NCBI GenBank assembly: GCA_963798845.1
Contig: CAWCUS010000004.1
Span: forward strand, 160,001 to 224,000
Length of the DNA stretch: 64,000 bases
Origin: an uncultured Gemmatimonadales bacterium
GTDB lineage: Bacteria > Gemmatimonadota > Gemmatimonadetes > Longimicrobiales > RSA9
Direction: 5' to 3'
A program made the translations under genes and the position numbers. Below, piece after piece: positions 1 to 12,525 of the stretch (position 1 is the stretch's first letter; every line of letters begins with the position of its first letter). The notes under the pieces are model-generated. The model worked only from the letters and a program-made list of their open reading frames with translations, made no database searches and was not told the origin of the DNA.

Positions 1-400
1 GTCGACCACGACCGGGCCGGGAAGCGGGCCGGGGGGATCGAGCGCCCGGGATCGCGAAACGGCGGGATCTCGGCCGTCGAGCAAGAGTCCGACGGACACG
101 GAGCCCTGGGCCATCCCGGTGATGCTGACGACGGCCGAGACCGGCGACGGCGTCCCGGAGCTCCTCGACCGCCTCGACGCGCACTGGAGCTGGCTGGAAG
201 CCAGCGGCGAGCTCGCCCGGCGACGCCTGGCCCGCCTCACCGAGCGTGTCCGCGATGCCGTCCAGCAGCGCCTCCTGACCCTCGTGTGGCGGGAGTCCGA
301 TGGCCCCGCCGTCCTCGATGCCGCCCTGGACGACCTCGCCGCCGGCCGCGTCTCGCCCTACGAGGTGGCCGCGCGCGTGGTGGACGCGGCGATCCCCTGA
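1..400 (+). CDS. meaB: MeaB/ArgK-family GTPase (mutase chaperone), C-terminal part; begins before the window
   Basis: Frame open from the window start; W-x-IPV-xx-T-x-A-xx-G-x-G...RRRLAR...SPYEVA resembles the MeaB C-terminus; lies upstream of the mutase gene. Confidence 0.75.
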   Translation, partial: STTTGPGSGPGGSSARDRETAGSRPSSKSPTDTEPWAIPVMLTTAETGDGVPELLDRLDAHWSWLEASGELARRRLARLTERVRDAVQQRLLTLVWRESDGPAVLDAALDDLAAGRVSPYEVAARVVDAAIP

Positions 401-410
401 CACGCCGTAG

Positions 411-603
411 AGCAACCATGCGTTCGCGGACGGCGACGAGCGCATCGGGCTTGCGTGCGCGGGCGTGTTCCTCCTCCTCGACGGCTTCGACCTTGACGCC
501 GCCGGGCCGGAGTCGGCGCTGGTGATCCGCGACAATCGCCGCCGAGCCGGGGGAGCCGGAGCTGGCGGGGTCGCTGCGCCACCGGAGTCGCCCGGCCGGG
601 TAG
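411..603 (+). pseudogene. Remnant of a death-on-curing (Doc/Fic) toxin gene
   Basis: Translation from 411 gives SNHAFADGDERIGLACAGVFLLLDGFDLDA, a degenerate Doc motif (HxFxDGNKR...FLxLNG). In-frame TAG at 408; after a frameshift near 534 the reading continues as IAAEPGEPELAGSLRHRSRPAG*. Confidence 0.7.
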
Positions 604-818
604 CCGCACGTCCTCGCCTGTGCAAACTGCGCCCGGGCCGCGCTCGCTGGAGCTTGCGGCCTCCCACGGAGCGGCCGACCTTGCGGCAGGGATGGGCGCG
701 CCGGGGTTTCGTGTCCCCGGCCTTCCCGGCTCGGATCGTGCGCGCCCCACGCGGGTAGGAACCGCCGTCCGAACGGTCCGAGCCCGCGGAACCCGGAATC
801 CAGGTCGGAGAGCACGGA

Positions 819-2545
<1,727 letters not shown>

Positions 2546-2546
<1 letters not shown>

Positions 2547-3226
2547 TGCACGCCCTCCGAGCCGTGCTCCTGGACGCCGGGGGCACGCTCATCCATCCGG
2601 ACCACGAGTTCATCCTCGCCCGCCTGGCGCGGGAAGGGGTGGAGGCGGACGCCGTCGCGTTCGCCGCCGCTCGCAGGCGCGCCCAGACCGTCGTCGGCGA
2701 CATCCTCCGCTCCGACGACGCGGGCACGGACGCCACCCGGGCGCGGACCTGGTTCACCGCGCTGTTCGACGCGCTGGGCCTCCCCGCCGAGCGCTTCGAG
2801 GCCGTGGCCGAGGACATCCGGGCCCGCCACGCGGAGGGCCGTCTCTGGATCCGACCCGTGCCCGGCACGCGCGCCATGCTCGAAGGGCTGAAGGAGGCCG
2901 GGTTGCGCCTCGGCGTGATCTCCAACGCCGACGGTCGCGTGGCCGACTTCCTCGACACGGCCGGCCTCGCTGACCTTTTCGAGCTCGTCCTCGATTCCAC
3001 GGTGGTCGGGATCGAGAAGCCGGACCGCCGCATCTTCCAGATGGCGTGCGACGCCATGGGCGTGGCGCCGGAGGAGACGGTCTACGTCGGCGACACCTAC
3101 GAGGTGGACGTGGTGGGGGCGAGGCAGGCTGGGATCCGCGCGATCCTGCTTGTGGATGAGCCTCGCGACGACGTCGCCTGCATTTCCAGCATCACCGAGC
3201 TCCCTGCCGCCCTCGGAGTCGGGTGA
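2546..3226 (+). CDS. HAD-superfamily hydrolase
   Basis: DAGGTL motif I, ISN, EKPD, YVGDTYEVDV; start overlaps the mutase stop. Confidence 0.9.
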
Positions 3227-4593
3227 TGGACGCGGATCCCGTCAGCACCCTCACTGCCGCCCAGATGGCGTGGCGCCTCGGCGCCGCGCTCCTGCTCGTG
3301 GCGGGCAATGCCTTCTTCGTAGCCGCGGAGTTCGGGCTCGTGGGCGCACGGCGCACGCGCGTCGAGCACATGGCCGCGGAAGGGAGCCGCCGCGCGCGCA
3401 TGGCGGCGCACGTGCTGACGCACCTCGACCACTACATCTCGGCCACGCAGCTCGGCATCACCCTCGCCTCGCTCGGCCTCGGCTGGGTGGGGGAGAGCAC
3501 GCTCGCCGCCGTGCTGATGCAGGCCTTCCAGGGCCTGCCGCCGCCCTTCGACGTGCTCGCCGCGCACACGGCCGCCGGGACCATGGCGTTCCTCCTGATC
3601 ACCGTGATGCACATCGTCCTGGGCGAGCTCGCGCCCAAGTCCGTGGCGCTCCTGTTCCCCGAGACCGTCAGCCTCTGGACCTCGGCGCCGCTCGTCGTGT
3701 TCTCCCGCATCTTCACGCCCTTCATCCACGTTCTGAACGGCTCCGCCAACCTCATTCTCCGCATGATGGGGCTGCGCGCCGCCACCGAGATGGAACGCGT
3801 GCACCGCCCGGAAGAGATCGAGATGATCCTGGACCAGACGTACGAGTCCGGGTACCTGGCGAAGGAGCCGGTGGAGATGATCCGGGGCGTGTTCGACCTC
3901 TCCGAGACATCCGCCGCGGAAGTCATGACGCCGCGCACCGAAGTGGTGGCGGTGCCCGCGGACTTCACGGTCGACCAGGTCGCGGACGTGATGATCGCCG
4001 AAGGCCACTCGCGCCTCCCCGTCTACGAGGAGAACCTGGACCACGTCGTGGGCCTCGTGCTCGCCCGCGAGGTCTGGCGCGCGCAGAGGGAGGGGATCGT
4101 CGATCTCCACGAAATGACCAGACCCGCACGCTTCATCCCCGAGAGCAAGTCGGTGGAGGACCTTTTGCGGGACATGCAGCGGGAGCGGATCCACATCGCC
4201 ATCGTCGTGGACGAGTTCGGCGGCACGGCCGGCATCGTCACCATCGAGGATCTCCTCGAGGAGATCGTCGGCGAGATCCGCGATGAGCACGAGGAGGAGC
4301 AGGACGAGATCCTGGAGACGGCGGAGGGCGCCGCGCTCCTCGCCGGCTCCGTCACCGTCGCCGAGGTGAACGAGCGCTTCGACATCCAGCTCCCGGAGGA
4401 CGACTACACCACCGTGGCCGGGTACGTCATGAGCCGGCTGGGCCGGATCGCCCGTCCCGGCGACGATGTCCCGTTCGACCAGGGCCGACTCCGCGTCCTG
4501 GCCATGGACGGCCGGCGCATCCTGCGCATCGCCCTGCTCCGGGAGCTGCGCGCGCCGCTCGACTCGCCCGGCCCGGAAACCGGCTCCGACTGA
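3223..4593 (+). CDS. Hemolysin/CNNM family protein (DUF21-CBS-CorC_HlyC)
   Basis: NAFFVAAEF, TQLGITL, GELAPK, CBS pair with VVDEFGGTAGIVTIEDLLEEIVGEI. Confidence 0.93.
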   Translation: MMDADPVSTLTAAQMAWRLGAALLLVAGNAFFVAAEFGLVGARRTRVEHMAAEGSRRARMAAHVLTHLDHYISATQLGITLASLGLGWVGESTLAAVLMQAFQGLPPPFDVLAAHTAAGTMAFLLITVMHIVLGELAPKSVALLFPETVSLWTSAPLVVFSRIFTPFIHVLNGSANLILRMMGLRAATEMERVHRPEEIEMILDQTYESGYLAKEPVEMIRGVFDLSETSAAEVMTPRTEVVAVPADFTVDQVADVMIAEGHSRLPVYEENLDHVVGLVLAREVWRAQREGIVDLHEMTRPARFIPESKSVEDLLRDMQRERIHIAIVVDEFGGTAGIVTIEDLLEEIVGEIRDEHEEEQDEILETAEGAALLAGSVTVAEVNERFDIQLPEDDYTTVAGYVMSRLGRIARPGDDVPFDQGRLRVLAMDGRRILRIALLRELRAPLDSPGPETGSD

Positions 4594-4598
4594 CCCGC

Positions 4599-5462
4599 AT
4601 GCCACCGGACGGCGAGGACCTCGGCGCGCCGCGCGAGCCCGGCCGGAGCCGCGACGATTCCGCCCGCGGCCGCCGCGCCGCCGGTGCCGCCCGCCGCGGC
4701 GACCTCTTCGTTGACGACTATGCCCGCGTCCTCGCCCCTTTCCACACCGAGACCGACACGCGCACCGAGGTGGCCTCGCTGCGGGAGATGCTCGGCCTCG
4801 CTCAGGACGAGCGCGTCCTCGACCTCGCCTGCGGCTGGGGCCGCCACCTGGCCCTCCTGCGCCATGCCGGCCACCGCGTGACAGGCGTCGACCTCTCCGA
4901 GCCTCTCCTCCGCCGCGCTGCCGCCCTGATGCTCGCCGGGCACGACGACGATACGGAGCACGAGCCGGAGCGCGGGCGCGACTCGCCGCTCTGCTGCGCC
5001 ACCATGCTCGCTCTTCCGTTCGCCGCCGGGACGTTCGACGTGGTCCTCAACCTCGCCACCAGCCTGGGCCTCTTCCTGGACGACCGCCCGGCGAGGCGCG
5101 CGCTCGCGGAAGCCGGCCGCGTGCTGCGGCCGGGAGGGCGGCTGCTCCTGGAAGGCATGCACCGGGAGGAGGTGGAGCCCGGATTCGCGGCGCGGGACCG
5201 CTGGGTGCTCGAAGACGGGACCGTGGTGCGGGCCCGGCGTCGCCTGGATCGCGCGCTCGGGATCAGCCACGAGGTGCTGCGCTGGGAGGGCCCCGCGGGC
5301 GGGGGCGCGCTCCGGCATTCGCTGCGGCTGCGAACGGGCGCGGAGACGGCGGCCCTGGTCGAGTCGGCAGGGCTCGAGGTGGTGGAAGCGTGGGGCGATT
5401 GGGCGGGCGAGCCGTTCACACCGGCGTCGGAACGGCTCATCCTCCTCGCGCGGCGCCGCTGA
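4599..5462 (+). CDS. Class I SAM-dependent methyltransferase
   Basis: [25 protein letters not shown]. Confidence 0.88.
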   Translation: MPPDGEDLGAPREPGRSRDDSARGRRAAGAARRGDLFVDDYARVLAPFHTETDTRTEVASLREMLGLAQDERVLDLACGWGRHLALLRHAGHRVTGVDLSEPLLRRAAALMLAGHDDDTEHEPERGRDSPLCCATMLALPFAAGTFDVVLNLATSLGLFLDDRPARRALAEAGRVLRPGGRLLLEGMHREEVEPGFAARDRWVLEDGTVVRARRRLDRALGISHEVLRWEGPAGGGALRHSLRLRTGAETAALVESAGLEVVEAWGDWAGEPFTPASERLILLARRR

Positions 5463-5470
5463 CCGCGACG

Positions 5471-5498
5471 TTGCCCGCGCGTTCCGCACACCTATACT
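5471..5498 (+). promoter_or_regulatory. Putative sigma70 promoter
   Basis: TTGCCC-16 nt-TATACT upstream of RBS GGAGG and ATG 5537. Confidence 0.55.
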
Positions 5499-5536
5499 TT
5501 CCGGCAGCCACTCAGGGAAGCACGGAGGTGGGGACG

Positions 5537-5953
5537 ATGGTGGAACGGAAGATCCGGGTGCTCGTGGCGAAGCCGGGGCTGGACGGCCACGACCGGGGCG
5601 CCAAGGTGATGGCCAGCGCCATGAGGGACGCCGGCTTCGAGGTGATCTACACGGGGCTGCATCAAACGCCCGAGATGATCGTGAGCGCGGCGGTGCAGGA
5701 GGACGTGGACGTGGTTGCGCTCAGCATCCTGTCGGGGGCCCACATGACCCTCTTCCCCCGCGTGCTGGAGCTGCTGCGTGACGAGGGCGCGGACCGCGTC
5801 CTGCTCACGGGCGGCGGCATCATCCCCGAGGAGGATATGGCGGCGCTCCGGGACATGGGCGTCGGGCGCCTCTTCGGGCCGGGCACGCCCACGGTCGAGC
5901 CCATCGACTACATCCGCGAGTGGTTCGCGGAGCAGCACGCCGGCCAGGCGTAG
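5537..5953 (+). CDS. Cobalamin-binding small subunit of acyl-CoA mutase
   Basis: [13 protein letters not shown] (DxHxxG), SILSGAH, GGIIP, FGPGT. Confidence 0.95.
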   Translation: MVERKIRVLVAKPGLDGHDRGAKVMASAMRDAGFEVIYTGLHQTPEMIVSAAVQEDVDVVALSILSGAHMTLFPRVLELLRDEGADRVLLTGGGIIPEEDMAALRDMGVGRLFGPGTPTVEPIDYIREWFAEQHAGQA

Positions 5954-5957
5954 GAAG

Positions 5958-7574
5958 GTGGCGGAGCGGGTCGTGTCGCGGCTGCGCCGCCTGACGTCGG
6001 AGCTGGACGAGCTCGAGGCGAGTCTCCGGCAGGGCGGGGGCGAGGCCCGCATCCGGCGCCAGCACGAGGCGGGGAAGCTGACGGCGAGGGAGCGCATCTC
6101 ACTGCTCATCGACCCGCGCACCCCCTTCCACGAGGTGGGGCTGCTCGTGGCGCACGACCGCTACGACGGGCAGGCCCCCGCCGCCGGCGTGGTCACCGGG
6201 CTCGGCGCCGTGCACGGCCGTCCGGTGGTCATCATCGCCAATGACGCCACGGTGAAGGCCGGCTCCTGGTGGCCCGAGACCATCACGAAGATGCTGCGCG
6301 CGCAGGAGATCGCCATGCGCTGCCGCATCCCGATCCTCTATCTCGTGGACAGCGCCGGGGTCAACCTCCCCTACCAGGGCGGCGTCTTCCCGGGCCAGTA
6401 TGGCGCGGCCCGCCTCTTCTACTACAACTCCATCATGCGGCATTATCTGAAGGTGCCGCAGATTGCAGCCGTCATGGGCCCGTGCATCGCCGGTGGCGCG
6501 TACCTGCCGGCCCTGTCGGATGTCATCCTGATGGTGGAAGGGACCAGCTTCATGGGGCTGGGCGGGCCCAACCTGGTGAAGGGGGCCACGGGCGCCACCG
6601 TCGAGGCGGAGGAGCTGGGCGGGGCGTGGACGCACAACGCGCTGAGCGGCGTCGCGCACTACCGCGCGGCCGACGACCGCGCCTGCCTGGACCGCATCCG
6701 CCAGCTGGTGGAGGAGTTGCCGTACGACGCCCCGCGCGCCGCAATCGGTGAGCCGGAGCCCGCCGCGGATCCGGCGGCTTCCCTGTACGACGTCCTGCCC
6801 GACGACCACCGACAGATGTACGACATGGAAGGGGTGCTGCGCGCGCTCCTGGACGGCGGCGAATACGACGAGTTCCAGGCGGACCGCGCCCCGGAGATGC
6901 TGTGTGCCACGGCCCGACTGGATGGCGTGGCCGTGGGCATCCTGGCGAACCGGCGGGGCATGATCGAGAACGTGAAGGGCGGCGCTCCGAAGTTCGGCGG
7001 GATCATATACACGGACAGTGCGGAGAAGGCGTCGTTCTTCATCGACACCATGAGCCGGCACGGCACGCCGATCCTGTTCGTGCAGGACGTGAGCGGCTTC
7101 ATGGTGGGCATCGAGGCCGAGCAGTCCGGCATCATCCGCGCGGGTGCCCGTTTCGTCGAGGCCATGGCCACGGCGGTGGTGCCGAAGCTGGTGCTCACCC
7201 TCAACCACGCGTCGGGCGCCGGCTACTACGCCATGGCGGGCCAGGGCTTCGACCCCGACTTCATCTTCACGCTCCCCACGGGCCGCATGGGCGTCATGGA
7301 GGGGGAGAGCGCGATCGTGGCCCTGTTCGGGCCGCAGCTCGACGAGCTGAAGAAGGCGAAGCGGCAGCCCGACGCGGCCCTCCAGGCGAAGCTCGATGCC
7401 GTCCGCGCCGACTACGAGCGCCAGCTCGACGCCCGGTACGCGGCCGCCCGTGGTTTCGTCGACGCCGTCCTGCGACCGGAACAGATCCGCCCGACGCTGG
7501 CGTTCGCCCTCCGTGCGGCACTGCACAACCCGGGGCCCCATATCGGCCCGTTCGGCGCCCTGAACGGCGCATGA
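5958..7574 (+). CDS. Acyl-CoA carboxylase carboxyltransferase (beta) subunit, methylcrotonyl-CoA carboxylase-like
   Basis: [51 protein letters not shown] start after GGAAGG. Confidence 0.92.
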   Translation: MAERVVSRLRRLTSELDELEASLRQGGGEARIRRQHEAGKLTARERISLLIDPRTPFHEVGLLVAHDRYDGQAPAAGVVTGLGAVHGRPVVIIANDATVKAGSWWPETITKMLRAQEIAMRCRIPILYLVDSAGVNLPYQGGVFPGQYGAARLFYYNSIMRHYLKVPQIAAVMGPCIAGGAYLPALSDVILMVEGTSFMGLGGPNLVKGATGATVEAEELGGAWTHNALSGVAHYRAADDRACLDRIRQLVEELPYDAPRAAIGEPEPAADPAASLYDVLPDDHRQMYDMEGVLRALLDGGEYDEFQADRAPEMLCATARLDGVAVGILANRRGMIENVKGGAPKFGGIIYTDSAEKASFFIDTMSRHGTPILFVQDVSGFMVGIEAEQSGIIRAGARFVEAMATAVVPKLVLTLNHASGAGYYAMAGQGFDPDFIFTLPTGRMGVMEGESAIVALFGPQLDELKKAKRQPDAALQAKLDAVRADYERQLDARYAAARGFVDAVLRPEQIRPTLAFALRAALHNPGPHIGPFGALNGA

Positions 7575-8953
7575 GCGGCGCCGCCCCCCCGGGAGTCCCC
7601 GGCAGCGCAGGGCGGACGCGGCACACCCTGGTGCGCCGCCTGGTCCTGCCGTTCCAGGAGTTCTTCCAGGCCGAGTCCGCCAGCGGGATCGTGCTCCTCG
7701 GGTGCGCGGCGCTCGCGCTCCTGTGGGCCAACTCGCCATGGGCACCGTCGTACTTCCACCTCTGGGAGACCCGCGTGGTGGTGGGCGGCGGTCCGGTCCG
7801 GCTGGACCACTCGCTCCATCACTGGATCAACGACGGCCTCATGGCCGTGTTCTTCTTCATGGTGGGGCTCGAGATCAAGCGCGAGGTGCTGGTCGGAGAG
7901 CTGGCATCCCCCCGGAAGGCCGCGCTCCCAATCGCCGCCGCCATCGGGGGCATGGTGGTGCCGGCCCTGATCTTCACGGCGCTGAACGCCGGCACGCCCG
8001 AGCTGCGCGGATGGGGCGTGCCCATGGCCACCGACATCGCCTTCGCCCTCGGAGTGCTGGCCCTGCTCGGAGATCGCGTGCCGCCGGCGCTCCGCATCTT
8101 CCTCGCCGCGCTCGCCATCGTGGACGACCTCGGCGCCGTCCTGGTGATCGCGCTCTTCTACTCCCACGGCATCGACTGGGCCGCCCTCTCCTACGCCCTC
8201 ATGACCTTCGTCGTGCTGGTGGGCATGAACCGCGGCGGCATCCGTCGCCCCGCCGCCTACGGCTTGCTCGGGCTGCTGCTCTGGTACTTCTTCCTCCGCT
8301 CCGGCGTCCACGCCACCATCGCCGGCGTGCTCCTCGCGACGACGATCCCCGCACACACGCGCATCAACGTCCCCCAGTTCGTCGCCAGCGCCCGGGACTA
8401 CCTGCGGGAGTTCGAGGCGGATGGCATTCGAGCCGACCCGGCGCACTCGCTGACCGAGCGCCAGGAGGCTGCGCTCGAACGGCTGGAGGACGCAGCCGAG
8501 GGAGTCCAGTCCCCGCTGATCAGCATCGAACACGCGCTCGTGCCGTGGGTGGCGTTCGGCATCATGCCCCTCTTCGCCCTCGCCAACGCCGGTGTCGCGC
8601 TCCAGTCCGAGGTCGTCCGCGGTGTCACCAGCCCCGTGGTGGCCGGCGTCGCGCTCGGGCTGCTGATCGGCAAGCCGATCGGCATCGGCGCGCTGACCTG
8701 GCTCGCCGTCCGGCTCGGCATGGCCGGGCTCCCCGAGGGCGTGGCCGGACGACACATCGCCGGCGTGGGCCTGCTCGCCGGGATCGGCTTCACCATGTCG
8801 CTGTTCATAGCCGATCTCGCTTTCGAAGCCGCGACCCTCGAGCGCGTCAAGGTGGGCATCCTGGGCGCATCGCTGCTTGCCGGGGTCGTGGGGTATTTCT
8901 TGCTGCGAGCCATGCCACCGGCTCCGGCGGAAGCGGAAAGGGCCGTGGCATGA
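7571..8953 (+). CDS. nhaA: Na+/H+ antiporter NhaA
   Basis: [34 protein letters not shown]. Confidence 0.95.
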   Translation: MSGAAPPGVPGSAGRTRHTLVRRLVLPFQEFFQAESASGIVLLGCAALALLWANSPWAPSYFHLWETRVVVGGGPVRLDHSLHHWINDGLMAVFFFMVGLEIKREVLVGELASPRKAALPIAAAIGGMVVPALIFTALNAGTPELRGWGVPMATDIAFALGVLALLGDRVPPALRIFLAALAIVDDLGAVLVIALFYSHGIDWAALSYALMTFVVLVGMNRGGIRRPAAYGLLGLLLWYFFLRSGVHATIAGVLLATTIPAHTRINVPQFVASARDYLREFEADGIRADPAHSLTERQEAALERLEDAAEGVQSPLISIEHALVPWVAFGIMPLFALANAGVALQSEVVRGVTSPVVAGVALGLLIGKPIGIGALTWLAVRLGMAGLPEGVAGRHIAGVGLLAGIGFTMSLFIADLAFEAATLERVKVGILGASLLAGVVGYFLLRAMPPAPAEAERAVA

Positions 8954-10338
8954 CGAGCGACGAGAAGCGGGTGCGGATCGCCAGCGGGCAGGGCTTCTGG
9001 GGCGACCGCCTCGATGCGCCCACCGAGCAGGTGCACAACGGGCCCATCGACTACCTGATGCTGGACTACCTCGCCGAGGTCACCATGTCCATCCTCCAGA
9101 AGCAGAAGTCCCGCGACCCCTCCCAGGGGTACGCCCGGGACTTCGTTCCGCTCATGGAGGAGCTCTTCCCCGACGTCCTCGCCAGGGATGTGCGCGTGGT
9201 GACGAACGCCGGCGGCGTCAACCTGGAAGCGTGCCGGGACGCGCTCCTGGAAGCCGCCCGGCGCACGGCGGGGAAGGGCAGCCGGCGGGCGAAGGTCGGC
9301 GTCGTCATCGGCGACGACCTCCTGGATCGCCTCGATCGGCTCATCGACGAGGGCCACGAGCTCCGCCACATGGAGACCGGCAGGCCGCTCACGGATGTCC
9401 GCGACCGCGTCGCCGCCGCCAACGTGTACATTGGCGCTGCGCCCATCGTCCGGGCGCTCGAGCGCGGGGCGACGGTCGTGGTGACCGGCCGATCGACCGA
9501 TACGGCGCTGACCTACGGACCCATGATGCACGAGTTCGGGTGGGCGCCCGACCAGTGGGACCGCCTGGCCGCCGGCGTGGTGGCGGGGCACATCAACGAG
9601 TGCGGCGCCCAGGCCAGCGGCGGCAACTGCCTCGTCGACTGGGAGCGCGTGCCGGACCTCGCCGGCATAGGCTATCCCATCATCGAAGCGTACGCGGATG
9701 GCAGCTTCGTGGTCACCAAGCACGAGCACACGGGCGGGCGGATCACCGCGGCCGTCGTGAAGGAGCAGCTGCTCTACGAGATGGGCGATCCCCGCGAGTA
9801 CATCACGCCCGACGTGGTCGCCGACTTCACCACCATCCGTCTCGAGGAGGAGGCCGAGAACCGGGTGCGCGTCCGCGGCGTGAAGGGGCGCCCGAAGACG
9901 GACAAGCTGAAGGTCTCCATAGCGTACCAGGGCGGCTGGAAGGCCGTCGGCACGCTCGTATACGCCTGGCCCGACGCGATCAGGAAGGCCCGCGCGGCCG
10001 ATCGCGTCCTGCGCCAGCGCATGGAGCGCCTCGGGCTCGCCTTCGACGAGATCCTCACGGAGTTCGTCGGCTGGAACGCAACCCACGGCCACCTCGCCGG
10101 ACCCCCGCCCGACGACCTCCCCGAAGTCCAGCTCCGGATCGCCGTCCGAAGCGACAGGCGGGAGCCCGTGGAGCGCTTCACCCGCGAGATCGCCCCCCTC
10201 ATCCTCTCCGGACCGCCGTCCGTCACCGGCTTCGCCGGCGGCCGACCCAGGGTGCAGGAGATCATGGCGTTCTGGCCTGCGCTCATCGACCGGACGGAGA
10301 TCGAGGCGGGACTCCGCGTCGAGGTCACGGAAGCGTAG
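8950..10338 (+). CDS. Acyclic terpene utilization AtuA family protein (DUF1446)
   Basis: [36 protein letters not shown]-x-GDP-x-EY-x-TPDV. Confidence 0.9.
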   Translation: MTSDEKRVRIASGQGFWGDRLDAPTEQVHNGPIDYLMLDYLAEVTMSILQKQKSRDPSQGYARDFVPLMEELFPDVLARDVRVVTNAGGVNLEACRDALLEAARRTAGKGSRRAKVGVVIGDDLLDRLDRLIDEGHELRHMETGRPLTDVRDRVAAANVYIGAAPIVRALERGATVVVTGRSTDTALTYGPMMHEFGWAPDQWDRLAAGVVAGHINECGAQASGGNCLVDWERVPDLAGIGYPIIEAYADGSFVVTKHEHTGGRITAAVVKEQLLYEMGDPREYITPDVVADFTTIRLEEEAENRVRVRGVKGRPKTDKLKVSIAYQGGWKAVGTLVYAWPDAIRKARAADRVLRQRMERLGLAFDEILTEFVGWNATHGHLAGPPPDDLPEVQLRIAVRSDRREPVERFTREIAPLILSGPPSVTGFAGGRPRVQEIMAFWPALIDRTEIEAGLRVEVTEA

Positions 10339-10471
10339 CGGCGCGGCCGCAGGCCGCCGCCGCTCGAAAGCGAGGGAGCGCAGCGAACGACCGTTCGATG
10401 GCGAGCGCCGACGGCGCGAGCATTCGTCTCGCCCGGCGGAGAGGCGAACGATCCGACAACCACACGTGAAG

Positions 10472-10804
10472 ATGCCAAAGATCCAGCTCAGACACCTCGC
10501 CCACGCCCGCTCCGGCGACAAGGGCGACACCGTCAACGTGGGGGTGATCGCCTACGATCCCGCCCACTACGACCTCCTGGTGGAACACCTTACGCCCGAG
10601 CGCGTCAAAGAGCACTTCGGCGAGATGGTCCGGGGCAGGGTGGAGCGCTTCGAGCTGCCGAACCTGGGCGCCCTCAACTTCCTCCTCCACAACGCCCTGG
10701 GCGGTGGCGGGACCGTGTCGCTCATGACCGACGCCCAGGGCAAGACCTTCTCCACCGCCATGCTGCGCCTGGAGCTCGACCTCCCGCACGGGATCGGTGG
10801 CTGA
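10472..10804 (+). CDS. AtuA-related small ferredoxin-fold protein
   Basis: AHARSGDKGD, ALGGGG, DAQGK. Confidence 0.85.
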   Translation: MPKIQLRHLAHARSGDKGDTVNVGVIAYDPAHYDLLVEHLTPERVKEHFGEMVRGRVERFELPNLGALNFLLHNALGGGGTVSLMTDAQGKTFSTAMLRLELDLPHGIGG

Positions 10805-11601
10805 TGGACGGCCGGACGGCTGGCACCGGTCCGCCCCCCCTCGTCGGCACGCTCCGGGACGGAAGCGTCCTTACCCTCACGCTAGAGCGGGCGGAGAAGC
10901 GGAATGCCCTCGACGGTGCTCTCGTCGGCGCGCTCCGGGAGGCGATCGCCAGTTCCGCCCGCGATCCCGACACGCGCGTGGTCGTGCTGCGCGGTGCGGG
11001 TACCGATTTCTGCGCGGGCGCCGACCTCGCGGCCATGGAGCAGATGGCCGAGAACGCGGACCCGGCGGCGAACCTCGCGGATGCGGAGGAGCTCGGCGCG
11101 CTCCTCGTCGCCATGCGACGCCACCCCCGGCCGATCGTCGCGGCGGTCCACGGCCACGCGCTCGCCGGCGGCGCCGGTCTCGCCACCGCCTGCGACCTCG
11201 TCCTGGCCCGCGACGACGCCGTCTTCGGCTACCCCGAGGTCCACCTCGGATTCGTCCCTGCCATGGTCATGGCGCTTCTCCGGAGGGCGGTCGGCGAGAA
11301 GATCGCCTTCGAGCTCGTGGCGCGTGGCGACAAGATCTCCGCCGCGGAGGCCGCACGCCTCGGGCTCGTCAACCGCGTGATCCCCGCCTCCACCTGGGAC
11401 AGGGACGTCGCGACGTACGCCGCCGAGCTCGCCGAGCGGTCAGCTTCCGCCGTCGGCCTGATCAAGCGGCTGCTCTACGGCATCGACGGTCTCAGCTTCG
11501 AGGAGGCGATCGCCCGCGGCGCGGAGGTCAACGTGCTGGCGCGGCTCAGTCCGGACACCCGCGCCGGCCTCCGTCGCTTCCTCGATGCCAGGAAGGGGTG
11601 A
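10804..11601 (+). CDS. Enoyl-CoA hydratase, methylglutaconyl-CoA hydratase-like
   Basis: KRNAL, FCAGADL, GGAGL, PEVHLG crotonase motifs. Confidence 0.88.
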   Translation: MDGRTAGTGPPPLVGTLRDGSVLTLTLERAEKRNALDGALVGALREAIASSARDPDTRVVVLRGAGTDFCAGADLAAMEQMAENADPAANLADAEELGALLVAMRRHPRPIVAAVHGHALAGGAGLATACDLVLARDDAVFGYPEVHLGFVPAMVMALLRRAVGEKIAFELVARGDKISAAEAARLGLVNRVIPASTWDRDVATYAAELAERSASAVGLIKRLLYGIDGLSFEEAIARGAEVNVLARLSPDTRAGLRRFLDARKG

Positions 11602-11792
11602 TGAGCTTCTTCTTCCGGCGTGGCTCCGAGCGGCGTGGGCGCTGGCTCACCGCGAAGCTCTGGCTCTTCGCCATCGGCGCCGCCGTCGCCGTAGCGGGGA
11701 TGTCGCTGGACGACGCCCGGGTCATTGGCGCCGCCATCGCCATTCTCGCCATCGGCTTGCTCCTCCGATTCTTCCCCCATCCCGACAGATGA
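11601..11792 (+). CDS. Small two-TM membrane protein
   Basis: 63 aa MSFFFRRG...LFAIGAAVAVAGM...AIAILAIGLLLRF; overlaps both neighbours in operon fashion. Confidence 0.6.
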   Translation: MSFFFRRGSERRGRWLTAKLWLFAIGAAVAVAGMSLDDARVIGAAIAILAIGLLLRFFPHPDR

Positions 11793-12394
11793 CCGTGCCA
11801 GATCCGCGCGAGACGCCCGCGGGCCACGCCCCGCCTGCGCCAGTGCCCGTGAACTCCGCATCCGGGGAAGCCCGCCTCTTCCAGGCCCTCGCCTTCGCCG
11901 CCGACAAGCACCGCGACCAGCGCCGCAAGGGTCGGGAGGCTTCCCCCTACATCAACCACCCCATCGCCGTGGCCGGCATTCTCGCCGCCCACGGCATCAC
12001 CGACACCACCACCCTCCAGGCCGCCGTCCTCCACGACACGCTCGAGGACACCGAGACCACACCCCGCGAGCTCGCGCGCACCTTCGGCGCCGCCGTCCGC
12101 GACCTCGTCCTCGAGGTCACCGACGAGAAGGCACTCCCCAGGGGCGAGCGCAAGGAGCGCCAGGTGCGCGGCGCCCCGGACCTCTCAGACCCCGCCAAGC
12201 TCATCCGCATTGCCGACAAGATCGCCAACGTTCGCGATGTGACCCACCGCCCCCCCGACTGGCCACTCGAGCGCCGCCTCGAATACCTCGACTGGACCGA
12301 GCGCGTCGTCGCCGGCTGCCGCGGCGTCAACTCCACGCTCGACGCACTGTACGACCACGCACTCACCGAAGGCCGGCGCACCCTCTCCCGCTGA
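11789..12394 (+). CDS. HD-domain small alarmone hydrolase (MESH1/SpoT-HD-like)
   Basis: KHRDQRRK, PYINHP, LHDTLEDT, ADKIANVRD. Confidence 0.85.
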   Translation: MTVPDPRETPAGHAPPAPVPVNSASGEARLFQALAFAADKHRDQRRKGREASPYINHPIAVAGILAAHGITDTTTLQAAVLHDTLEDTETTPRELARTFGAAVRDLVLEVTDEKALPRGERKERQVRGAPDLSDPAKLIRIADKIANVRDVTHRPPDWPLERRLEYLDWTERVVAGCRGVNSTLDALYDHALTEGRRTLSR

Positions 12395-12491
12395 CTTCCT
12401 GCCGGCCCGCTGGCCGGCCCCCGTGGGCCGCCCGCGTGGGGGGCTTCAACCGGACACCAGCCCCCTGTCACGGGCGGAGCAGGGCCCAGGG

Positions 12492-12520
12492 TTGACAAAG
12501 ATCATATCTTTGTCCAGAAT
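12492..12520 (+). promoter_or_regulatory. sigma70 promoter overlapped by a palindromic operator
   Basis: TTGACA(12492)-17 nt-CAGAAT(12515); perfect inverted repeat GACAAAGAT-CAT-ATCTTTGTC at 12494-12514. Confidence 0.75.
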
Positions 12521-12525
12521 AGCGC

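Noticed and set aside
604..818. Cobalamin riboswitch upstream of the mutase
   Set aside because: Conserved B12-box elements not recognisable by eye; an Rfam scan would settle it
6902..10338. Long N-terminal extensions of nhaA (6902) and the AtuA-like gene (7702)
   Set aside because: Arg/Pro/Gly-rich shadow frames of the upstream genes; real starts are at the ATGA overlaps
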